Shown piece after piece: positions 1 through 7,079 of a stretch of DNA of 64,000 nt. This DNA is from Arenimonas sp. GTDB taxonomy: Bacteria; Pseudomonadota; Gammaproteobacteria; Xanthomonadales; Xanthomonadaceae. The position numbers were made by a program, and so were the translations under genes. The DNA lies in contig JAYSQD010000111.1 in NCBI GenBank assembly GCA_043721835.1, positions 60,703 through 124,702 of the forward strand, read 5' to 3'. Position 1 is the stretch's first letter, and each line of letters opens with the position of its first letter. Under the pieces are notes generated by a model that was not told the DNA's origin, did not search any database, and was given only the letters and a program-made list of their open reading frames with translations.

Positions 1-1814
1 ATAACATGGGATTGTCTAAGCGTCGCGCAGTCGCGGTTAAAGGCGTACTTGATCCATTGCTTACTCAGCGCATTTCGATCTCGTCGTACGGGGAAACCAA
101 TCCTGCTACATCAAACGATACGGTAGAAGGCCGCAGTCGCAATCGACGCGTGGACATTCGATTTGCTAGTGATCGGCCGCCCAAGAAAGACGACCCGCCA
201 AAGAAAGATGATCCCCCCAAGAAGGACGATCCGCCAAAGAAAGATGATCCCCCCAAGAAGGACGATCCGCCTAAAAAAGATGACCCACCAAAGAAAGACG
301 ATGACGACACTATTTTTTGCCTTGAATATCCAATTCTGTGCGGGATAGGTCTAGCGCCATTTTTTGCACCGTTAATTTGTTTGGTTGCGCCGGAAATATG
401 TGTTGCTATTGCCTGTGCATTGCTGCCCGAGTTATGCATTCCACCTATTCCACCGGGCCCACCAGAACCGCCCAAGCCTCCGGAGAAGCCACCCGAGAAT
501 GATGGCAAAAACCCGCACGTGATTTTTACGCCACAAATACGCGCCGATAACACACCAAGACAGATGAATGATCGCATCGGTATTCGCGATGACGTCAGCG
601 TAACGGCATTGGTGCTCAACCCTCCAACTGATGGTTCGCATATCAATATTTTTGTCAGCGCACCAACAGCCGATACTGGCAATGCCACTGTCAATGGACA
701 ACAGCAAATATCTATAACAGGTACTACTTCGCTAAATATTCTTGGCACACAAATGTCGGGGGGTAATTACTTGTTGAGCCCAAATATTCAACTAGGTGCT
801 AACTGGTCTTCTGGCCTCGTGGGACAAAGTAACCGCTTCGCGGTCTCCACAATTGCAGAAGATTGGTCAGTGACCGATGCAGGCAGCAATGTCGGTCGTT
901 TTGGATATGTATCAAAGGCCGATATGGATTGGGTTTCGGATAGCGGTGCGTACTCGCATCTGGATGAGTGTCGTTATGTTGAGCGCGTCGAATTGGCTAG
1001 TGAAAGCGGCAGCATGGAAGGCTTGTGTACCGGCGGAGTCAATGATCCCGACGATGTAAACACCTGTGATTTTCACCCCGCGTTCGACGAACACGGCACA
1101 CCGTTCGAAAATACACGCGATGCACACCGGTCCGGCACTAGTCGATTGCGCCAATTGTTTACCATCCGAGATATGCGTTCCAACTCTGACTGGGCAGCCT
1201 CGCGGGGCTCGGGTTTTGAAATTCATCGCGATTACCAACGTGATCCGGAAAATCCCAAGTGCTGGCGTCTGGACGTTAAAAAGTTTGGTGCATCGGTTAG
1301 CGCTGGCGGTTGGAGTGCCGACGCAGGCTCGGGTAGCTACTCGCATGAGTTTCGGGGAATTGATTGCGATCAGCCGCCGCCCAAGAAAGATGACCCGCCA
1401 CCGAAGAAAGACGACCCACCACCGAAAAAGGATGACCCGCCACCGAAGAAAGACGACCCGCCAAAAGTGCAAGAGCCATGTTGCGATCGGCCAGAAATGG
1501 CCACGCGTGTAAATTTGTGCATAGACGCTGCAAAACAGGATGCGATAAATTGCACGCTGGCAACTCTCGAGCCACCGTATGATCCTTTGAATAACATCAA
1601 AAAACTGGCGGAATACTATCAGTGCCTAGATAGCCTCAAAGCCAATCTCTTGGAATGCGATAAAAAAGCCAAAAGCGACACCAATTGCCCTGATCAAAAT
1701 ACACCATCGGACTGTAGTAGCGAGGAGTTCATTGCGCAACATTCAGTTGCCGATTTTGTGACCTCACTGCCAACACCGAGCAATCCTGATGAGGAGGCAG
1801 AACGACTTTCTTAG
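1..1814 (+). CDS. 5'-truncated OmpA_C-domain protein with two Pro/Lys/Asp spacer arrays, a Cys-rich hydrophobic segment and a Cys-rich C-terminal domain
   Basis: The frame of ORF 6..1814 is open to the window edge. The first ~55 aa (LSKRRAVAVKGVL...YGETNPATSNDTVEGRSRNRRVDIRF) are the C-terminal half of an OmpA/MotB peptidoglycan-binding domain, so the true N-terminus lies upstream. Next come (PPKKDD)x7, a hydrophobic C-x6-C-x12-C-x6-C-x4-C-x6-C stretch, a ~300-aa unassigned domain, (PPPKKDD)x4 and an 8-Cys tail. Confidence 0.75.
   Translation, partial: NMGLSKRRAVAVKGVLDPLLTQRISISSYGETNPATSNDTVEGRSRNRRVDIRFASDRPPKKDDPPKKDDPPKKDDPPKKDDPPKKDDPPKKDDPPKKDDDDTIFCLEYPILCGIGLAPFFAPLICLVAPEICVAIACALLPELCIPPIPPGPPEPPKPPEKPPENDGKNPHVIFTPQIRADNTPRQMNDRIGIRDDVSVTALVLNPPTDGSHINIFVSAPTADTGNATVNGQQQISITGTTSLNILGTQMSGGNYLLSPNIQLGANWSSGLVGQSNRFAVSTIAEDWSVTDAGSNVGRFGYVSKADMDWVSDSGAYSHLDECRYVERVELASESGSMEGLCTGGVNDPDDVNTCDFHPAFDEHGTPFENTRDAHRSGTSRLRQLFTIRDMRSNSDWAASRGSGFEIHRDYQRDPENPKCWRLDVKKFGASVSAGGWSADAGSGSYSHEFRGIDCDQPPPKKDDPPPKKDDPPPKKDDPPPKKDDPPKVQEPCCDRPEMATRVNLCIDAAKQDAINCTLATLEPPYDPLNNIKKLAEYYQCLDSLKANLLECDKKAKSDTNCPDQNTPSDCSSEEFIAQHSVADFVTSLPTPSNPDEEAERLS
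177..302 (+). repeat. Coding tandem repeat, 7 x 18 bp (PPKKDD)
   Basis: Read directly from the sequence. Units 2-3 (195-230) and 4-5 (231-266) are an identical 36-bp duplication (ccgccaaagaaagatgatccccccaagaaggacgat). Confidence 0.95.
1374..1457 (+). repeat. Coding tandem repeat, 4 x 21 bp (PPPKKDD)
   Basis: Read directly from the sequence. It lies in frame within ORF 6..1814, and a partial fifth unit runs to 1466. Confidence 0.95.
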
Positions 1815-2105
1815 GCTTAACAACGATGTGAATTATGCAAGAGCTAATTGGTGTCTGTTTGGGGACCACTTAAAATTAGACATTGCCCGTCCACATGATC
1901 ATCGGGGGCATTAGAAATAGGAATTGATGAACGAAAATAATTTGCAATCACTTGGGTACACTTTTTTCCCTCCAGCGAAATACGGACATCAATAAAACAA
2001 CAGGCTATTGTAGGCAGTTAGAGTATTGGGACCTCAACTCTCAATAGTGGCCGCTGGCAACTTAGAAAAATGTGATTCCGCAACTAGATTAGAAAGCGTT
2101 GAATT

Positions 2106-4385
2106 TTGGAAACTCCCATGACAGAACTAGCGACATCGCTAAAGGCTAATGCTCCGGAACAAAAACGAGCAACAGCACAAAATGTCAATGAACAAATTTC
2201 CGCATCGAACGCCGAACCAAGCATGCGTTCTGCATCATGCGCCTGCGGTGGCGGCTGTGCGCGATGTAATAACAGGAAAAACAGCAGCCGTGGAATATTA
2301 CAAGCGAAACTAGAGGTCGGTGCACCTGACGATGCTTATGAACAAGAAGCAGATCGGGTTGCTGATGAAATTCTAGCAACTCCATCGGGCAAGGCTATCA
2401 GCAGTAAAACGCCACCTCTTATCCAGCGACTGACAAGTCAAACTAATGGATATAAAACTGCAGCACCACCGAGCGTGGAAAGCGTCCTTTCTGGATCTGG
2501 TAAACCCCTTGACACACAACTACAACAAGATATGGGCCAAAGATTCAGCCAGGATTTTTCTGAAGTGCGAATTCATACTGGTATGGATGCAGAACAATCA
2601 GCACAAGAAATAAGCGCACACGCCTATACAGTTGGAAGGAATATTGTATTTGGTGCAGGACAATTTGCACCAAGCTCGCAGCAAGGAAAACGATTGCTTG
2701 CACATGAGTTGACGCATGTAGTGCAGCAGAGATCAGAAATTAACAGGCAAATAATACAAAGAGACATTTGGTATAGAGGCGAAGGTACAGGGGTAGCGCC
2801 CGCTGCACCTGGTAGTGTGATTCATGATTTTGGTGATGGCCTGTACATGACAGATAGCCCAGCGTTAGCTGCTGAGTATGCAGCATTAAGGTCTGGGTCT
2901 ATGGAAGGGTCAGCTCCTCTTGTTTTAGCTGCAGATATAGAAAGCAGTTCTTTGGGAAGAATTCTGAATCTCTTGAGTGACACACGATGGCAGCAATTTT
3001 TAGCAGAGAGCCCCATACCAGGAGGTCCGACACATCAAGCACTCATTCAAATGGCCAACGAAAACTATGAGGCAATATTCCAAAATTTTTTACAGCGAAA
3101 CAATTTACATCTGGAAAATTTTGATACCGTTATTGGCCAGGAATTTGTCCGGGGCGGCACTCAAATCTGTGTACGTAATCCTTCCATTGTTAGCCAAATA
3201 AGGGCTGCGCTCAGACCGTATGTGCCATCAGCAGCAGGTGCAACCACTTCAAGACCTGGTTCAAGTGCAAGTGAGCCTCCGACCACTCCGGTTAGCGTAG
3301 CAACTCGGTATAACATCTTAAATACTACTGTTAATGAAGCGGGCAATACAGTAGCCGAGGTCGAAATATTATTAGGACGCGGCGCAGAAGATCTGAGCAG
3401 AGTATCAGGCGGTACGTCGATGCCATCGAGGATTGTATTGCGCATAACAACGAGTGCGGAAGGTGCATTTGTTGGGGCAGAATCGGTGGGCATAGAATTA
3501 AGTTCTGGGGTGACAGAAGCATTGGCAAGACAAATTATTGCAACCTTGCCTGAGGCCGCCGCAGTCGGTGCCGAAGGCGCTGTCGTAGGCACTGCTGCTA
3601 CAGCCGCTCGAGCATCCAGATGGGTAAAAGGATTAGGTTGGGCCGGAATAATTTTATTCATCGGTGTTACAGGTTATCAATATAGTCAGGCGACTACTGA
3701 CCGGGCTAGGCGCAGGGTGCTAGTCACTGCTGGGGCAGGTTTAGCGGGAGGCACAATCGGCACCTATGTTGTGTGCAATCTAATATTTGGAATTGAAACT
3801 TTTGGACTTAGCTTAATTGGCTGCGGTTTGGTTGCGGGAGGTGCAAGTGCTTACATTGCTTCAGAAGCATCAGGGGAAGTGTACGACGAGGCAACAGCCA
3901 CGCCACTTGAAAGTAGTTTGCATGAACTAGAGTCACTACCCGAAATGGTAAGACGATTATTTTTTGGCATGCTTGACTCAAATGGAGATCTAAATGGTGT
4001 GCCACTTTCCAGTGAATTTGTCAGAGAATTCATGAGAGTAGTTCCCTCTGGAATATCACAGTATGAAGTCAGTGTTTTATTGGGTAACTTAAGGCAATCA
4101 GGCAGCACTGACACAATTGCTTCGATCATCTCTTCGCTTCAAACGGCTATTAGCCAATTACCTGGGCGAAGACTTGCACAACCACCCGCTACTCTTGGAA
4201 TTCTCGATGTAACAGGCGGTAGTGCGATTTTTCCATTTCATATTGATACGGATATCTCGATTCCACTTGGCCCAATGCGCCTATTGCCCCCGCCCAGACC
4301 TTTGCCGGGAGGACTAGGACGTGATGAAGTTCCTACAGACAGGAGAATTGCCCCCTCCCTTCCTGCTGCAGAAATTAGGTTTTGA
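2106..4385 (+). CDS. DUF4157 (HExxH zincin-like) head protein with an unassigned globular domain and a glycine-zipper transmembrane tail (P1)
   Basis: 759-aa ORF with a TTG start at 2106 and an alternative ATG at 2118. It has CACGGGCARC at 2238-2267. It carries the DUF4157 signature GKPLDTQLQQDMGQRFSQDFSEVRIHTG...AYTVGRNIVFGAGQFAP...LLAHELTHVVQQ, with HELTH at 2703-2717. Hydrophobic Gly-rich segments (WAGIILFIGVTGY, VTAGAGLAGGTIGTYVVCNLIFG, LIGCGLVAGGASAYIA) lie at ~3621-3863. Confidence 0.85.
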   Translation: METPMTELATSLKANAPEQKRATAQNVNEQISASNAEPSMRSASCACGGGCARCNNRKNSSRGILQAKLEVGAPDDAYEQEADRVADEILATPSGKAISSKTPPLIQRLTSQTNGYKTAAPPSVESVLSGSGKPLDTQLQQDMGQRFSQDFSEVRIHTGMDAEQSAQEISAHAYTVGRNIVFGAGQFAPSSQQGKRLLAHELTHVVQQRSEINRQIIQRDIWYRGEGTGVAPAAPGSVIHDFGDGLYMTDSPALAAEYAALRSGSMEGSAPLVLAADIESSSLGRILNLLSDTRWQQFLAESPIPGGPTHQALIQMANENYEAIFQNFLQRNNLHLENFDTVIGQEFVRGGTQICVRNPSIVSQIRAALRPYVPSAAGATTSRPGSSASEPPTTPVSVATRYNILNTTVNEAGNTVAEVEILLGRGAEDLSRVSGGTSMPSRIVLRITTSAEGAFVGAESVGIELSSGVTEALARQIIATLPEAAAVGAEGAVVGTAATAARASRWVKGLGWAGIILFIGVTGYQYSQATTDRARRRVLVTAGAGLAGGTIGTYVVCNLIFGIETFGLSLIGCGLVAGGASAYIASEASGEVYDEATATPLESSLHELESLPEMVRRLFFGMLDSNGDLNGVPLSSEFVREFMRVVPSGISQYEVSVLLGNLRQSGSTDTIASIISSLQTAISQLPGRRLAQPPATLGILDVTGGSAIFPFHIDTDISIPLGPMRLLPPPRPLPGGLGRDEVPTDRRIAPSLPAAEIRF

Positions 4386-4486
4386 ACTTATGGATTTTTA
4401 CATCGATTAGGCAAATTAAATGATGACGGCAAGATATACATTTTTGATATTTCAACTCTAAATTACTTCTTTTTTACGGACTACAA

Positions 4487-7009
4487 ATGGCAATGCTTTC
4501 TACAGCATCAAAAAATAGCTTTAACGGATCGCAAAATACCTCGACTAAAAATACTGTTGGAAAAAACTTGGTATCAAACGCTCAATTGCCAATGCGCACC
4601 ACTCCATGCGCTTGTGGTGGCGGCTGTGCACGATGCAATAGCAAAAAAAATCAGAGCAATAAAATATTACAGACCAAGCTGCATATAGGGGACGCAAACG
4701 ATGTTTACGAACAAGAAGCAGACCGTATCGCTGACCATATTTTAGCCTCATCAACGCCTTCAGCAATCAATGCGGCACCACTATCTATCCAACGCGTGAC
4801 AGGGCAAGCTAATGCTCAAATTGGCTATACAATTCCCGCAAGCATTGATCACGTTATTTCGAGTGGCGGCAGCCCATTGGAGCAAACACTGCAACAAGAT
4901 ATGGGCCAACGCTTCGGCCACGATTTTTCTGATGTGCGAATACACGCCGACACTAACGCAGAAAAATCTGCACAAGACTTGCAGGCCAAGGCATACACCG
5001 TTGGACAAAAAATTGTATTTGGCGCTGGTCAATTTGCACCAGGCACCCATGCAGGGCGACACTTGCTTGCACATGAGTTGACCCATGTTGTGCAACAACG
5101 TACCGATGCATCGTCCGCCACAAACTTACAACGACAGCCCTCTACAAGCACTGCAAGACCACCACACATCACACAAATAGTGGTTGATCAAAACACACCG
5201 CAACAAGTCACTGCGACCTTTAGTGATGGCCATACGGAAAGTGACACCTGTTCTACTGGCAAAGGCCATTGTTGTTTCGATGATGATGCCGGTACTGCCA
5301 AAGGTGGTGCCTGCTCTGCCGCCCGCTCTGTACAAGTCGGCAACAATTGCACTCCCATTGGTGACTTTACCGTTACCACCCAAGTGCCAGTGACCAGCGG
5401 CGGGGTTCGACTATGGACACAATTTCACAATGCAAAAAGTGTTGCCCTGCATGAATATTCTCCAGTCGATGGCACACCTTTGTCGCATGGCTGTGTTCGC
5501 ATGAATACCGCCATGGCACAAACCATTTACGACGGTACCCGAGTAGGAGTAACGCGCGTCAGGGTACAAGGCTTGGCAAGGCCGAGTTGTACAAATACAA
5601 ATTTGCAGAATGAATGGAGCGGTGATTTTAGTTCGGCGGGCACAACACCGCCAGACGGAACCACGATAGATCCGATGCTAGGACGCCGTCTCACGCCAAC
5701 AGAAGTTACTCAGGAAAGAAATCATATTCGTGAGTCACGTGAAGAACTACGCAACGCCTATGGCGTCAACGACGCTGGCCTGGATACTGAATTGGCAACG
5801 GTACAAGGCGGCGCCTCTATTGTTTCAAGAATCCCACGCTGCGTGCCTGCATTAACCACGGAAGAACAGCAAGTTCCCGCCGCACAAACCAGCGGTTTCC
5901 TGACAACAGGCGCCACTACTACCGCTACTGCCTTCACCACAGCATTGAGCGCTTTACGTTCAGAGGCAAGTGCAGTTCAGCTCGTACAGCAAACAGGTGA
6001 ACAACTTTGGCAAGCGGCGACCGCTGCTGCGCGTGCCGGGGGTAGCGGTAGCGATGACCGTCAGTTGTATTGGACAAGATTGATGATGACCACCGCATTG
6101 CGTCAATGGAACCCTTCATGGCTCAGGATTAGTGCAGTCAGTAGTAATGTAGATGCGCTAAGAAGATTACAAGCACGGCTTTTACAATTGCTGGAACAAA
6201 GCTCGCGCGGTATCACTAGCACCGCTTTCCCTACCAGTAATCCGGATGAAAAAAGAATCCTTATCAGCGGCTTTGACCCGTTTGGTTTTTCTACCGGCGG
6301 TGACATTCGTCAGAGCAATCTTTCTGGCGCAGCAACTTTGGCATTGGATGGTGAAACGCTGACCCAAGGCAGCATTACGGCACATGTAGAAGGCGTAGTT
6401 TTTCCTGTTCGTTATAGGGATTTCAATGATGGCATTGTTGAAAATAGTCTTCGCCCGCATCTGACAGGATCACAGCCACCGCATTTGGTCATGAGCATCA
6501 GCCAAGGCAGCAGTCAATTTGAATTTGAAGAAACCGCTGGTCGTAGAAGATCGGCGGGTAGTTTTCTGGACAATTTAAATCGCCCCAGTGGAACCGAAAC
6601 TAATCCAACAATACCGCCAGGATCACCGGCACTTGCCGCTAGTCCCGAATTTTTGCCGCATAGTGTGCCTTCAGCCATGCTCGGAGCAATGCGTGGAGCC
6701 GAAGGGCGCACAGGCGCAATCCCCGAAGAAACTACCGTCAAAGATTTACCAATTGGCGCAACGCAACCACGCACCTTACCTGCGGGGCCAGGAACAAATC
6801 CCGGTATCGCCGTCGAAGGTTCTGGCGGTGGTTTTCTGTCTAACGAAATTTTTTATCGCAACAGCTTATTGCGTACTCAACTCGGCTCAACCATACCCAT
6901 GATTCATTTGCACACACCGCGACTTCCACCGGGCGCTACCGATACGGTGCGAAATAATTTTATTGATCGAACGCGGGCCATTTTAAGAGCATCATTACCC
7001 AGTCTTTAA
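4487..7009 (+). CDS. DUF4157 head protein fused to a YkuD-type L,D-transpeptidase fold and a peptidase-C15 (pyroglutamyl-peptidase)-like fold (P2)
   Basis: 840-aa ORF with CACGGGCARC at 4607-4636 and HELTH at 5072-5086. The YkuD-like region is ~5168-5572 (IVVDQ...STGKG...TPIGDFTV...ALHEY...GTPLSHGCVRM, with SHGCVRM at 5483-5503). The C15-like region is ~6251-7006 (KRILISGFDPFG ... FEFEETAG ... GGGFLSNEIFY ... MIHLHTP). Confidence 0.85.
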   Translation: MAMLSTASKNSFNGSQNTSTKNTVGKNLVSNAQLPMRTTPCACGGGCARCNSKKNQSNKILQTKLHIGDANDVYEQEADRIADHILASSTPSAINAAPLSIQRVTGQANAQIGYTIPASIDHVISSGGSPLEQTLQQDMGQRFGHDFSDVRIHADTNAEKSAQDLQAKAYTVGQKIVFGAGQFAPGTHAGRHLLAHELTHVVQQRTDASSATNLQRQPSTSTARPPHITQIVVDQNTPQQVTATFSDGHTESDTCSTGKGHCCFDDDAGTAKGGACSAARSVQVGNNCTPIGDFTVTTQVPVTSGGVRLWTQFHNAKSVALHEYSPVDGTPLSHGCVRMNTAMAQTIYDGTRVGVTRVRVQGLARPSCTNTNLQNEWSGDFSSAGTTPPDGTTIDPMLGRRLTPTEVTQERNHIRESREELRNAYGVNDAGLDTELATVQGGASIVSRIPRCVPALTTEEQQVPAAQTSGFLTTGATTTATAFTTALSALRSEASAVQLVQQTGEQLWQAATAAARAGGSGSDDRQLYWTRLMMTTALRQWNPSWLRISAVSSNVDALRRLQARLLQLLEQSSRGITSTAFPTSNPDEKRILISGFDPFGFSTGGDIRQSNLSGAATLALDGETLTQGSITAHVEGVVFPVRYRDFNDGIVENSLRPHLTGSQPPHLVMSISQGSSQFEFEETAGRRRSAGSFLDNLNRPSGTETNPTIPPGSPALAASPEFLPHSVPSAMLGAMRGAEGRTGAIPEETTVKDLPIGATQPRTLPAGPGTNPGIAVEGSGGGFLSNEIFYRNSLLRTQLGSTIPMIHLHTPRLPPGATDTVRNNFIDRTRAILRASLPSL

Positions 7010-7079
7010 TTTATTTTTAAACTGAACAGCCAGCCCGCATCAACGCTTACGAGAGGATTGCAAATCACCGCAATGAATC

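Noticed and set aside
177-302. Tandem repeats (also 1374-1457 and 9114-9275) considered as possible CRISPR or other non-coding arrays
   Set aside because: The units are contiguous with no spacers. Their periods are multiples of 3 (18, 21 and 27 bp), and they are in frame inside long ORFs. They are coding repeats, not CRISPR.
65-1600. Long antisense and off-frame ORFs over the OmpA-domain gene (65..748 minus with GGSSF repeats, 163..348, 912..1472 minus, 1066..1512, 1370..1600 minus)
   Set aside because: They are mirror or shifted readings of the PPKKDD coding repeats and the rest of a gene whose plus-frame product carries a recognisable OmpA domain. The low-complexity repeat keeps several frames open. 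There is no independent support for them.
2763-3200. ADP-ribosyltransferase assignment for the P1 globular domain (WYRG ... LYMTDS ... GQEF as an R-S-E triad)
   Set aside because: The third motif is not a canonical [QE]-x-E and the spacing is atypical. Without a profile or structure search, the resemblance is too weak to report as a call.
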